Shown here: positions 10,784-20,834 of the stretch, in pieces
Numbering within the stretch: position 1 is the stretch's first letter
How the letters are laid out: each line of letters opens with the position of its first letter
DNA from: a bacterium
Lineage (GTDB): Bacteria > UBA8248 > JACPRG01 > G963555815
DNA length: 64,000 nucleotides
Reading direction: 5' to 3'
NCBI GenBank assembly: GCA_965218795.1
Contig: OZ244653.1
Span: 1,504,001-1,568,000, forward strand
Notes under the pieces: model-generated
What the model saw: the letters and a program-made list of their open reading frames with translations, nothing else
The model's database searches: none
What the model was told of the DNA's origin: nothing
Made by a program: the position numbers and the translations under genes

Positions 10784-13084
10784 ATGAGTGAACTCGCCTA
10801 CGTCGGGAAGAACGTCATCCGGTCGGATGCCTACGCCAAGGCCATGGGGGAGGCTCGATACACGGCCGACGTCAACCTCCCCGGCATGCTTCACGGACGC
10901 CTGCTGCGAAGCCCCCTCCCTCACGCCCGCATCCGGGGGATCCGGACCGAGGGCGCCGGGCAGGTCTCCGGCGTGAAGGCCGTCATTACCGGCGCGGACA
11001 CCCCCTACGCCTTCGGCGTCTCCCATTACGACCAGACCCCGCTGGCGATCGACAAGGTGCGTCACATCGGAGATCCGGTCGCGGCAGTCGCTGCGACGAC
11101 TTTTGACGCCGCCGAGGAGGCCCTGGCGCGGATTGAGGTCGATTACGAAGAATTGCCGGCGGTCTTTCACCCGGAACAGGCGATGGAGGCCGGCCAGCCT
11201 CTGATCCACGAGGACAAGGAGCGGAACATCGCCGCCCATATCCAATACAATGCCGGCGATGTGGACGAAGCCGTCCGGCAGGCCGCTCACGTCTTCGAGG
11301 ACGACTTCGAAACCTCCCGGCAGGCCCACCTGTGCATGGAGCCGCACGTTTGCGCGGCCCAGGTGGAACCCTCCGGAAGAATCACCTTTTATTACTCGAC
11401 CCAGGCCCCTTCCTATTCCCGGTCCCAGATGGCCAAGATCCTCAAGGTGCCGGAGAGCCAAATCCGCGTCATCACGCAAAACGTCGGCGGGGGCTTCGGC
11501 AGCAAGGCCACCGGAAAGTTTTGCATCGACTTCTGCGCCATTGAGCTGGCCCGCAAGGCGGGCCGTCCGGTGAAGATCGAGCACACGCGCGAAGAAGAGA
11601 CCGCGTACTCTACCTTTCGGCATCCGTTCATCGTCCACGTCAAGACCGCCCTGGACGACCAAGGCGTGATCACCGCGCGCGATGTCCGGGTGGTCATGGA
11701 TAACGGGGGGTATTGCGACTACGGGCCGGTGGTCTGCAACGTGGCCGGAGCCCTGGGCGGTACGCTCTACCGTTTCCAGAACTACCGCTACGAAGGGTTC
11801 GTCGTGTACACGAACAACCCATTCGGCGGTGCGATGCGGGGGCTGGGCAACCCCCAGATCACCTTCGCCTGCGAGACCCAGTTCAGCATGATTGCCGATC
11901 GGCTGGGAATGGACGAAGTCGATCTCAGGCTCAAGAACGCCGTTCGGGTCGGGGACGAGGCGGCCTCCGGAGCGCGGTTCGCCTCCTGCGGCCTGTCGGA
12001 ATGCATACGGGCCGTCGCGGATTCGATCGGCTGGGAGCAAGGGGGAGTCAAGGAAAAACGGCCGGCCGATTCCAAATATCGCGGCGTCGGGATCGCCTGC
12101 GGCGTCCACTTCGTGGGAGTTCGCCTGTCGCCCGGGATCGACGCCGACTTCGCCGGGGCGGCCGTCACGCTCAATGACGACGGGTCGATCAATCTCTCCA
12201 CGTCGGTCTGCGAAATCGGCAACGGGTCGAGCACGGTGCTGGCGCAGATGGCGGCGGAAGTGCTCGGCGTCCCGCCCGAGAAAATCATGGTCATCGCCGG
12301 GGATACCGACGTCATCCCGATGGGCTGGGGGGCGCGCGCCAGCCGCAATACCGCCATCGGAGGCGAGGCCGTGCGACGCGCGGCGGAGAAGGTCAAGGAA
12401 CAGGTCCTGAAGGTCGCCGCGGGGATGCTCGAGGCCAGAGGGGAGGATCTGGACGTCCGCGACGAGGGGGTTTCGGTGCGGGGCGCGCCCGAGCGCGCGC
12501 TTTCCCTGTCCGATATCGTCAAGGCCAACCGCTACCGCAAGGACGGACAGGCCATGTGGGCGCAGGTGCATTACGATGCCCCGAGCGAGCTGGCGGACAA
12601 GAAAACGGGACGGGGTAATTTTTCCAGCGCCTTCGCCTTCGGGGCCAAGGCGGTGGAGGTGGAAGTGGACCCGGAGACCGGCGAGGTGCGGATCCTGCGG
12701 GTCATCTCGGCTTCGGATATCGGCCGGGTGATCCATCCCCAGGGCGCCCAAGCGCAGATCGAGGGGGGATTCGCCCAATCCCTCGGCTTCACGCTGATGG
12801 AAGAGATCGTCTGCCAGGAAGGCCAGGTCACCAATCCCAACCTCATCGAGTACAAGGTGCCCACGACCCTGGATTTCACCCCGGTGGAAGGGATTTTCAT
12901 CGAGGAGGGCGACCCCCAGGGGCCCTGGGGAGCGAAGGGAATCGGCGAGATGGTGACCGTGGACGGAGGTCCGGCCATCGTGGCCGCGATACACGATGCC
13001 GTCGGGGTGTGGGCCACCGCTCTGCCCGTGACGCCGGACCGGCTGTGGCGCGGACTGAGCGAAACGGACAACCCTGACGGCTGA
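10784..13084 (+). CDS. Xanthine dehydrogenase-family molybdopterin-binding subunit (4-hydroxybenzoyl-CoA reductase alpha-like)
   Basis: RSPLPHARI, VGGGFGSK, AMRGLGNPQ, QIEGG, GAKGIGE. Confidence 0.9.
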   Translation: MSELAYVGKNVIRSDAYAKAMGEARYTADVNLPGMLHGRLLRSPLPHARIRGIRTEGAGQVSGVKAVITGADTPYAFGVSHYDQTPLAIDKVRHIGDPVAAVAATTFDAAEEALARIEVDYEELPAVFHPEQAMEAGQPLIHEDKERNIAAHIQYNAGDVDEAVRQAAHVFEDDFETSRQAHLCMEPHVCAAQVEPSGRITFYYSTQAPSYSRSQMAKILKVPESQIRVITQNVGGGFGSKATGKFCIDFCAIELARKAGRPVKIEHTREEETAYSTFRHPFIVHVKTALDDQGVITARDVRVVMDNGGYCDYGPVVCNVAGALGGTLYRFQNYRYEGFVVYTNNPFGGAMRGLGNPQITFACETQFSMIADRLGMDEVDLRLKNAVRVGDEAASGARFASCGLSECIRAVADSIGWEQGGVKEKRPADSKYRGVGIACGVHFVGVRLSPGIDADFAGAAVTLNDDGSINLSTSVCEIGNGSSTVLAQMAAEVLGVPPEKIMVIAGDTDVIPMGWGARASRNTAIGGEAVRRAAEKVKEQVLKVAAGMLEARGEDLDVRDEGVSVRGAPERALSLSDIVKANRYRKDGQAMWAQVHYDAPSELADKKTGRGNFSSAFAFGAKAVEVEVDPETGEVRILRVISASDIGRVIHPQGAQAQIEGGFAQSLGFTLMEEIVCQEGQVTNPNLIEYKVPTTLDFTPVEGIFIEEGDPQGPWGAKGIGEMVTVDGGPAIVAAIHDAVGVWATALPVTPDRLWRGLSETDNPDG

Positions 13085-13291
13085 TGGATCATTCAAAATA
13101 AACATGTTGGGGGAATCAAAAACACTCACGAGTTGTTGCCGATCCCTCGGGCGGTTTGCTAGGATGAGGAGTGAAATCATCCTGATACTCGGAAATGGGC
13201 AAAATGCTCTTCGTTCGCGGGGAATCCGATCGGCGAATTCCAATCCTGCGGTGAAATGTCGGAAGTTTCCATTCAGAGGAGATTGGAGAAG

Positions 13292-14560
13292 ATGAAAAAA
13301 CCTTTGTTGAAACGAATCTTTTGCGCTGGGATGCTCCTTGCGTTTGCGATGGTGTTCGCCGGTCCGCAAGTGCCCGGCGCGCTGGCGCAGAAGCCCATCA
13401 AGATTGGATTCGGTATGGCTCTGACGGGCGGGCTCGCGGCCAACGGAAAGGCGGCGGTTCTGGCCATGCAGATCTGGGCTGAGGATGTGAACAAGAAAGG
13501 CGGGATTCTCGGCCGCAAGGTCGAGCTCGTCTTCTACGACGACCAGACGAAACCCGCCACCGTACCGGGCATTTATACGAAGCTCCTCGACATCGACAAG
13601 GTGGACTTCGTGGTCTCAGGATACGGCACGAACCTCATCGCGCCGGCCATGCCCATCGTCATGGAGCGCGGGCTGGTGTTCATGGGCTTGTTCGGTCTCG
13701 CGGTCAACGAGAAATTCAACTACAACAACTACTTCCAGATCATGCCGGCGGGTCCGGATCCCCGGAGGGACTGGTCGAGGGGATTCTTCGAGATCGCCAT
13801 GGGTCAGAACCCCAAGCCGAAGACCATCGCGCTGATCGGGGCGGACGCCGAATTCGCCCGGAACGCGGTCTCCGGCGCCCGGGACAACGCCAAAAAACTC
13901 GGGCTCAAGATCGTCTACGACAATACCTACCCGCCCGGCACGCCGGACTTTACGCCGGTGGCCCGGGCCATCAAGGCGGCGAATCCCGACATCGTCTACG
14001 TGGGATCTTATCCTCCAGGGTCGGTCGGTTTCACCCGCGCGGCGTATGAGGTCGGGCTCAAGCCGAAGATGCTCGGCGGCGGGATGGTCGGCCTGCAGTA
14101 CGCTGTCTTCCTCTCGAAGCTCGGCTCGAAGTTGAACGGGATCATCAATTACGACTTCTGGGTGCCCGAGGCGACGCTGAATTTCCCGGGGATCGAGGGA
14201 TTTCTGAAGAAGTACCAGGCGAAGGCCAAGAAGATCGGCGTGGATCCCCTGGGGCACTATCTGCCGCCCTGGGCCTATGCCTATCTGGAGGTTCTGGGCC
14301 AGGCCATCGCGGGTGCGAAGAGCACGGACCAGAAGAAGGTGGGCGCATACATCCGAAGCCACACCTTCAATACGATTGTCGGCAAGGTCAAATTCGGCTC
14401 GAACGGCGAGTGGGCCAAAACCCGGACCCTCCAGGTTCAGTTCCAGGGCATCGAGGGTTCCGGCGTCGGCCAATTCAGTAAGCCCGGCAAACGGGTGGTT
14501 CTCTACCCGAAAGAGTGGAAATCCGGCCAGGTGATGTACCCCTACTCCAAGGTCAAGTAA
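13292..14560 (+). CDS. Liv-type ABC substrate-binding protein
   Basis: Signal peptide, IKIGFGMALTG, VNKKGGILGRKVELVFYDDQ. Confidence 0.9.
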   Translation: MKKPLLKRIFCAGMLLAFAMVFAGPQVPGALAQKPIKIGFGMALTGGLAANGKAAVLAMQIWAEDVNKKGGILGRKVELVFYDDQTKPATVPGIYTKLLDIDKVDFVVSGYGTNLIAPAMPIVMERGLVFMGLFGLAVNEKFNYNNYFQIMPAGPDPRRDWSRGFFEIAMGQNPKPKTIALIGADAEFARNAVSGARDNAKKLGLKIVYDNTYPPGTPDFTPVARAIKAANPDIVYVGSYPPGSVGFTRAAYEVGLKPKMLGGGMVGLQYAVFLSKLGSKLNGIINYDFWVPEATLNFPGIEGFLKKYQAKAKKIGVDPLGHYLPPWAYAYLEVLGQAIAGAKSTDQKKVGAYIRSHTFNTIVGKVKFGSNGEWAKTRTLQVQFQGIEGSGVGQFSKPGKRVVLYPKEWKSGQVMYPYSKVK

Positions 14561-14581
14561 GAGAGAGTCAGCGCGGAAAAG

Positions 14582-14622
14582 CAGGGGCACGCCCCCCCTC
14601 CACCAGGGGGGGCCGTGCCCTT
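14582..14622 (+). other. GC-rich intergenic stem-loop after SBP gene (mRNA stabiliser/attenuator)
   Basis: AGGGGCACGCCCCCCCT-CCACC-AGGGGGGGCCGTGCCCTT imperfect inverted repeat. Confidence 0.55.
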
Positions 14623-14645
14623 GTTTGCACTGAGGGGATGCTTGT

Positions 14646-15527
14646 TTGTTCAGCTTTGAACTGCTGTTGAACTCCATCGTGGCGGGATTGCTGGTAGGCG
14701 GGTTTTACGCGGCCGTGACCCTGGGGCTGTCCCTGGTCTTCGGTCTGCTGGATGTGGTGAACATCGCCCATCCCGTATTCGTCATCATGGGCTCCTACGT
14801 GACCTTCATGATGTTTGAGCGCTTCGGGGTGGACCCCATCCTATCGGGCTTGCTCTTCATGCCGGTTTTTTATCTTCTCGGGGTTGCCGTTTACCGGATT
14901 TACTACAACAGCTTCGAAAAGAAGGGGGCCGAATCCCTGCGGGGTTTGGTCTTTTTCTTCGGCGTTCTGTTTATCATCGAGGTTGCGCTGATCATCCTCT
15001 ACGGGGTGGATTACCGTCTGCTCGAGCCCTCCTATATCGGAGAGTCGATCCAGATCGGAGGTCTGGGAGTCGCCACCCGGCTGCTCGTGCCCTTCGCGGG
15101 CGGCTGCCTCCTGACGCTGGCGCTCTACCTGTTTCTCTCCAAGACCTTCTATGGAAAGGCCATCATGGGGGTGTCCCAGGACGGCCTCGCCCTCCGCCTC
15201 ATGGGGGCCGACCCAGTCAAGATTAAATCAATCGCCTTCGGAATCGGCATCGCTACGGCGAGCCTCGCGGGCGCCCTGCTGATCATCCTCGCCACGGTGG
15301 AGCCCTCCATCAACCGGGAGTATATCGGGCGGGTGTTCGCCATTGTCGTCCTGGGCGGCATGGGCAGCATCAGCGGAACGCTTGTGGCCTCTCTGATCCT
15401 GGGTCTTGCGGAAAGCCTGACGTCGACCTTCTACGGCCCATCCTGGGCTCTGGCGGTCTCCTTCGGGATACTCTTGATCGTCCTGGCCGTCCGGCCGTCC
15501 GGCCTGTTCGGGAGAAGCAGCACTTGA
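14646..15527 (+). CDS. Branched-chain amino acid-type ABC permease (LivH-like)
   Basis: GLSLVFGLLDVVNIAH, VVLGGMGSI, hydrophobic. Confidence 0.9.
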   Translation: MFSFELLLNSIVAGLLVGGFYAAVTLGLSLVFGLLDVVNIAHPVFVIMGSYVTFMMFERFGVDPILSGLLFMPVFYLLGVAVYRIYYNSFEKKGAESLRGLVFFFGVLFIIEVALIILYGVDYRLLEPSYIGESIQIGGLGVATRLLVPFAGGCLLTLALYLFLSKTFYGKAIMGVSQDGLALRLMGADPVKIKSIAFGIGIATASLAGALLIILATVEPSINREYIGRVFAIVVLGGMGSISGTLVASLILGLAESLTSTFYGPSWALAVSFGILLIVLAVRPSGLFGRSST

Positions 15528-16471
15528 AAAACAAAATTCTCCTCCTGCTCGGACTGGCGGTCATCGCCGCCGCTTTCATCCTGACCGGCCTCATCCAGAA
15601 CCAATATATTTATTTTTCAACCTACGTGATCCTTCAGTACATCGTCCTGGCGACCGCCTGGAACATCCTTGGAGGCTACACGGGTTATGTGAACTTCGGA
15701 ACCGCCGGATTTTTCGCCGTCGGCGCCTATACCACCGTCGCTCTGCTCAAAGCCTTCAACGCTCATTTTCTCGTGATCCTCGTCTGCGGTGGCATCTTTT
15801 CCGGGCTTCTGGGCCTCGGGATCGGCTATCTCACCCTCCGGCTTCGAGGCGTCTTCTTTGCCATCGCCACGCTGGCGCTCGCCGTCGTCCTGAAGACCTT
15901 CGTGGACAATTGGGAGTTCGTCGGCGGCGCCCGTGGGACCTACGTGATCCGGCCGAGGGAGATTCCCCTGTTTTCGAATTATGTGGAATTCCTGTTCGTC
16001 ATGATGATGGTGCTCGCCGTCCTGTCGGTAACCATTGCCTGGTTCATTGAAAAATCCTGGGTTGGGCGGGGTCTCGCCGCTATCCGGGACAACGAAGAGG
16101 CGGCCGAGTGCATGGGCGTGCCGGTGCTGAAGCTCAAGCTGTTCGCAACGACTGTCAGCGGCTTCTTGATGGGTGTCGCGGGAGCCCCCTTCCCCTACTA
16201 CATCACCTATTTGGAGCCGTCCTCCGCGTTCAGCCTGGATTATGCCGTCAACAGCCTGGCCATGCCGCTGATCGGGGGGACAACCACTTGGATTGGTCCC
16301 GTGATCGGTGCGGTCCTGCTGGGTACGGCCCAGCAGCTCCTCACGGTCACGATTTCTTCTGAATGGGCCCTCTTCTTCGTGGGGGTCGTGCTGGTGGGTT
16401 TCGTCATCCTCGCACCCGAAGGAATCGTCGGTCTGATCAGAAAAATCGCCGGCAAGAAGGGAGCTTCATGA
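15524..16471 (+). CDS. ABC permease (LivM-like)
   Basis: WNILGGYTGYVNFG, LRLRGVFFAIATLA, AIRDNEEAA. Confidence 0.9.
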   Translation: MKNKILLLLGLAVIAAAFILTGLIQNQYIYFSTYVILQYIVLATAWNILGGYTGYVNFGTAGFFAVGAYTTVALLKAFNAHFLVILVCGGIFSGLLGLGIGYLTLRLRGVFFAIATLALAVVLKTFVDNWEFVGGARGTYVIRPREIPLFSNYVEFLFVMMMVLAVLSVTIAWFIEKSWVGRGLAAIRDNEEAAECMGVPVLKLKLFATTVSGFLMGVAGAPFPYYITYLEPSSAFSLDYAVNSLAMPLIGGTTTWIGPVIGAVLLGTAQQLLTVTISSEWALFFVGVVLVGFVILAPEGIVGLIRKIAGKKGAS

Positions 16472-17196
16472 ACGACAAGCTCCTCGACGTCCAGACCGTG
16501 ACCAAGCGATTTGGAGGCTTCCACGCCTTGACCGAAGTCAGCATCCACGTGAACAACGGTGAGAGATTCGGGCTCATCGGGCCGAACGGCTCCGGTAAGA
16601 CCACCCTCATCAACTGCGTCTCCGGCGCCCTGCCCTGCGACGGCGGACAGGTCTATTTCGATGGCCACAACATTACGACCGCCGCCGGATACAAGCGCGT
16701 CCGGATGGGGCTCGTGCGGAGTTTTCAGATCCCGAAGCCATTCGTGAGCATGACGGTGGTCGAGAACCTCCGGATCCCCCTGGAATACGCCGCCCACTAC
16801 AAGTCGCACCACGGCCTGGACACCCGGGCGGAGGCGATGGAGATCCTCGAGCTCATTGATCTCGACGGCAAGGCCGACATCCGGCCGTCAGGCCTCACCC
16901 AAATTGACATGCGACGTCTGGAGCTCGCCAGGGCCCTGGCGGCAAATCCCAAACTCCTGATCCTGGACGAGTGCATGGCGGGACTTTCGAGCGCGGAGGT
17001 CGACGAGATCATCAAGATCCTCATCCGGTTGAATGAGCGCGAGATCACCATCATCATGATTGAGCACATCATGCGGGCCGTGATGAGCTTCTCAGAGCGA
17101 ATCGCCGTCCTCGACGCAGGGAAGAAAATCGCCGAGGGCGTGCCGGACGAAATCGTCAACAACAAGGAAGTGGAAAGGGCCTACCTTGGCGAATAG
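16468..17196 (+). CDS. ABC ATPase (LivG-like)
   Basis: GPNGSGKTT, LDE, IEH, VERAYLG. Confidence 0.9.
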   Translation: MNDKLLDVQTVTKRFGGFHALTEVSIHVNNGERFGLIGPNGSGKTTLINCVSGALPCDGGQVYFDGHNITTAAGYKRVRMGLVRSFQIPKPFVSMTVVENLRIPLEYAAHYKSHHGLDTRAEAMEILELIDLDGKADIRPSGLTQIDMRRLELARALAANPKLLILDECMAGLSSAEVDEIIKILIRLNEREITIIMIEHIMRAVMSFSERIAVLDAGKKIAEGVPDEIVNNKEVERAYLGE

Positions 17197-17917
17197 CATC
17201 GTCGTCAAGAACGTGAATGCCGGCTACGGCGCGGTCAAAGTGCTTCACGACGTCTCCATGGAGGTACGGGACGGGGAGACGGTCGCCCTGCTGGGGACGA
17301 ACGGCAACGGCAAGAGCACGCTGCTCAAGTGCATCATGGGCATCGCGACCCCCGACAGCGGCGAGATCATCCTCAATCTGGACGGCGAGCGTATCGATCT
17401 GATCGGTAAGCCCGCCGAGGAGATCGTGAACATGGGCGTGGCCCTCGTTCCGGAGGGGAGGAGGCTCTTTCCGATGCTGACGGTGGAAGAGAACCTCGAA
17501 CTGGGGGCCTACCGCCCCCAGGCCCGGAGCAGAATCGAGCCCAACAAGCGATTCTGCTACGAAGCCTTCCCGGTTCTGGAGGAGCGCAGGCAGCAGCAGG
17601 CCGGAAGCATGAGCGGGGGTGAGCAGCAGATGCTGGCCATTGCCCGGGCCCTGATGTCCTCGCCCAAGGTGCTGCTCGTGGACGAGCCGTCGGTCGGCCT
17701 TGCGCCCATCCTTGTCAGCCGCGTCATCTCGAAGATCAAGGAGCTGAAGGAACAACAAAACCTCACGGTTCTGATGGCGGAGCAAAACTTCAACCAAGCC
17801 ATTAAAATCGCCGACCGGGGCTACATCATCGTCGAGGGCAAGATCGCTTTCGAGGGACAGACGGCCGAGGAACTCAGCGGACACGACTTGGTGAAGAGAT
17901 ACTACCTCGGCGTCTGA
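17186..17917 (+). CDS. ABC ATPase (LivF-like)
   Basis: GTNGNGKST, VPEGRRLF, MSGGEQQMLAIARAL. Confidence 0.9.
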   Translation: MANSIVVKNVNAGYGAVKVLHDVSMEVRDGETVALLGTNGNGKSTLLKCIMGIATPDSGEIILNLDGERIDLIGKPAEEIVNMGVALVPEGRRLFPMLTVEENLELGAYRPQARSRIEPNKRFCYEAFPVLEERRQQQAGSMSGGEQQMLAIARALMSSPKVLLVDEPSVGLAPILVSRVISKIKELKEQQNLTVLMAEQNFNQAIKIADRGYIIVEGKIAFEGQTAEELSGHDLVKRYYLGV

Positions 17918-18062
17918 TCCCTTTCGTCCGGTATCCACCGTCTCCGATCGCCCCCTCCTCCACCGGTGGAAACCCGCGTCCGTTTCAGGGATACTTTTCT
18001 CCCAAGAGGACCATGTCCGGCGCTCCCGCCGGGCGGTCGAAACCTATAAGACCCTGCCAGTC

Positions 18063-19055
18063 ATGCGCCGTCTTGCGTCTTCGGTCCGTTTCATCCTGTT
18101 CATCGTTCTCCTCTGGGGGGCGAACGGGAGCGCTTCGTCCGTATCCGGGCGGGAGAAATCAGAGCCGCCTGCTTTTATGGGATACGCGGAGAAAGACCTG
18201 GAATGGGCCCGGGCCATCACAGGCTGGCCGACCTTTCAGGCCACGCGAAACCTCCGCTTCCAGGCCGACCAGGAGGTTTTCCAATTCCTGATCAATCATC
18301 CGGATTTCGCCGCAGCCGTCAGCCGCGGCATCGGCCACGAAAAATTTTTCGTGACCCGGAAAGAAGACAACCTTTTCGATATCCGGCACGGCCACGCCAA
18401 AGGCATATTCTGGACGGTGGAGCGAAACCCGGGCCGGGCCGCCTATCTGGCGGTGGGGATTTACGACAACCCGGCCTTCAGTTGGCTCGGAATCGTTGTC
18501 CGGGCCCGGGCGTACGTGATCGAAACATTCAAGTGGAAGCCTGCCAAAGGATCCCCTCCGGGAGAGGCCACGGTTTCCATCCGTGCATATCTTCGGGTCG
18601 AGAACGCTTTTTGGGGATGGATATTCAAGTTGATCGCCCCCCTCGTCCGGACGCCCTTCGAGGATAAGCTGACCGGAGCCTACCGAATCGCGCCCGAGCT
18701 GAGCCAGATGGCCTTTGAGGACGGCAACGGATTCTTGAAGAAAATCGAAACAATCCAGGGGCTCGATCCCGAACGGTCCCGGCGGTTCATCGAATTAGTC
18801 AGGAAGCAGAAGAAGGGGCCGACATCCCGGCGGTCCTCCAGGTCCGGTCCCGCGCGATACTCACGGCAATTTTCCAAACCCACACACGCGTTCCGGACAT
18901 GCCGGCCCACATCGGCCATTGAGAGGGTCGGGCAGCGTCCATCATTGATGACGGCCACCAAGACCCCCGCGCGCGAAAACGACTCGGCCAGGAATCAGTG
19001 TAGGGCGGGCGTCTCGCCCGCGCTGAGGTCATCCTTATCCATGAAGCGTCGATAA
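18063..19055 (+). CDS. Hypothetical exported protein; C-terminus probably extended by read-through into the opposing pseudogene
   Basis: Signal-peptide-like N-terminus, FLINHPDFAAA; tail after ~18810 overlaps the minus-strand remnant. Confidence 0.6.
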   Translation: MRRLASSVRFILFIVLLWGANGSASSVSGREKSEPPAFMGYAEKDLEWARAITGWPTFQATRNLRFQADQEVFQFLINHPDFAAAVSRGIGHEKFFVTRKEDNLFDIRHGHAKGIFWTVERNPGRAAYLAVGIYDNPAFSWLGIVVRARAYVIETFKWKPAKGSPPGEATVSIRAYLRVENAFWGWIFKLIAPLVRTPFEDKLTGAYRIAPELSQMAFEDGNGFLKKIETIQGLDPERSRRFIELVRKQKKGPTSRRSSRSGPARYSRQFSKPTHAFRTCRPTSAIERVGQRPSLMTATKTPARENDSARNQCRAGVSPALRSSLSMKRR

Positions 19056-19260
19056 CCGCCACGGATGAAGGTGAGAACCGGAGCGGAATCTTTGGAGGGA
19101 AGAAAAAGAACCAGGCTCTCCGCTTCGCTCGGACCATAGGAGACGTCGAGGGCATTCCGGCTGTCCGAGCGGTATTGCAGGCTGCGGTTGGCCCAGTCCG
19201 GAAAGATTTCCACGTGCTCCAACAATACGGCCCGCGCGTCGTATTGTTCTTTTAGTTGTT
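18860..19260 (-). pseudogene. Arylformamidase/alpha-beta hydrolase remnant
   Basis: QYDARA..LDVSYGPSEAESLVLF..PVLTFIRGGYRRFMDKDDLS then stop, resuming VLVAVIND.RCP; degenerate HGGYW motif. Confidence 0.65.
18999..19022 (+). repeat. GTAG-type REP-like palindrome (second copy near 19316-19340)
   Basis: GTAGGGCGGGCGTCTCGCCCGC and GTAGGGCGGGCATCCTGCCCG. Confidence 0.65.
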
Positions 19261-19383
19261 CGGCGAATATCGGCCGAAAACAATGTTTGCCATCCCTACG
19301 CCTCCAAGCGCCGCGGTAGGGCGGGCATCCTGCCCGGCGCGCAGAATCCCCCTCTGCGTCTCCGGGTCCGGCCACTGAGGCCG

Positions 19384-20088
19384 CTATACACCGAGATATC
19401 GATGCTTCAGGTCATCCCGTTCGGCCAAGGCTACCGAATCCCCCGACCAGACCACACGGCCCTTCTCCATGATGTAGTGCCTGTCCGCAATGGGCGTCAG
19501 GGCTTCCAGGTTTCGATCAATCACCAGAATGGCTTGTCCTCCAGCCTTCAAGCGTTCCAGACACTTCCAGATATCATCACAAATCAGGGGAGCCAGCCCC
19601 TCTGTTGCTTCATCCAGGACAAGCAGCCTGGAGTTCGTCATCAACGCCCGCCCGATGGCAAGCATTTGCTGCTCGCCGCCCGAGAGGGTCCCCCCGAGAA
19701 AGTTACGCCGCTCGTTCAGCTTCGGGAACATCTCATAGATACCCTCGAGCGTCCAGGGATTCTTCATATTCGAGCGGTTGGCCGCCGTGGCCACCAGGTT
19801 TTCTCTCACCGTTAGATTCGGGAAGACCTGACGACCCTCGGGGACGAGCCCAAGACCCGAGCGCGCGACGACGTAGCTGGGCCGGTTGTGAATCTCGACT
19901 CCCTCGAACAGGATGCGGCCGGATCGCGGCGGCGTCAGGCCGGTAATGGAACGGACGGTCGTCGTCTTCCCCATCCCGTTTCTGCCCATGAGGGTCACGA
20001 CCTCCCCCGGGCCGACCTCCAGGCTGACGCCGAACAGGACCTGGCTCCTGCCGTAGAAGGTTTCGATCCGGTCGACCTGGAGCATCAC
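19384..20088 (-). CDS. ABC ATPase (LivF-like)
   Basis: GRNGMGKTT, VPEGRQVF, LSGGEQQMLAIGRAL. Confidence 0.9.
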   Translation of the reverse strand: MMLQVDRIETFYGRSQVLFGVSLEVGPGEVVTLMGRNGMGKTTTVRSITGLTPPRSGRILFEGVEIHNRPSYVVARSGLGLVPEGRQVFPNLTVRENLVATAANRSNMKNPWTLEGIYEMFPKLNERRNFLGGTLSGGEQQMLAIGRALMTNSRLLVLDEATEGLAPLICDDIWKCLERLKAGGQAILVIDRNLEALTPIADRHYIMEKGRVVWSGDSVALAERDDLKHRYLGV

Positions 20089-20834
20089 CCCTCCTCCCCC
20101 AGGTAGGCCCGCCGGACCGCCGGATCCTCACGTATCGATTCCGGCTGACCCGTCGCAATGGCCTGTCCGTACACTAGGACGGTGATTCGGTCGGCCAGAG
20201 CAAACACCGCGTCCATGTCGTGTTCCACGAGGAGGATCGCAACTTCGCCCTTGAGGCTTCCGAGCATCTCCACCATTCGTGTGGACTCTTCGGGTCCCAT
20301 CCCGGCCATAGGCTCATCCAGCAATAACAGCGAGGGGTTCGTGGCGAGGGTCATGGCAATCTCCAGCTGGCGCTGCTCCCCGTGGGCAAGATTGGCGGCC
20401 GGAACGTCCGCGCGCTTTCCCAGCCCGACCCGGCCCAGGACCTCCCGGGCGGGCACATGCAGACGCGCGTCGGTCCGCGCCCGCTTCCAAAAACGAAACG
20501 AATGCCCGTCGTGCGCCTGGATCGCCATGGACACATTGTCTTCCGCGGTGAAGCCCGAGAGAAGGGAAGTGATCTGAAACGACCGGGCCAGCCCGAGGCG
20601 CGATCGCGCGTGGACCGGCAGACGGGTGATGTCGCGCCCCTCGAACCGGACGTCGCCCGCGTCGGGGAGAAGCTCCCCGGAGAGCTGCGCAATGGCCGTG
20701 GTCTTGCCCGCACCGTTGGGCCCGATCACCGCGTGAATCTCGCCCGGCATGACATCCAGGCATAGGGCGTCCGTCGCCCGGACCGCTCCGAAGGCTTTCG
20801 TCATGTCCCGCGCGATCAGAAGCGGATCAGCCAT
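20085..20834 (-). CDS. ABC ATPase (LivG-like)
   Basis: GPNGAGKTT, LAHGEQRQLE, LDEPMAG, VEHDM. Confidence 0.9.
   Translation of the reverse strand: MADPLLIARDMTKAFGAVRATDALCLDVMPGEIHAVIGPNGAGKTTAIAQLSGELLPDAGDVRFEGRDITRLPVHARSRLGLARSFQITSLLSGFTAEDNVSMAIQAHDGHSFRFWKRARTDARLHVPAREVLGRVGLGKRADVPAANLAHGEQRQLEIAMTLATNPSLLLLDEPMAGMGPEESTRMVEMLGSLKGEVAILLVEHDMDAVFALADRITVLVYGQAIATGQPESIREDPAVRRAYLGEEG

Noticed and set aside
10649-13369. Long antisense ORF (906 aa), and similar ones such as 59239-61515
   Set aside because: Shadow ORFs from high-GC codon bias opposite real genes
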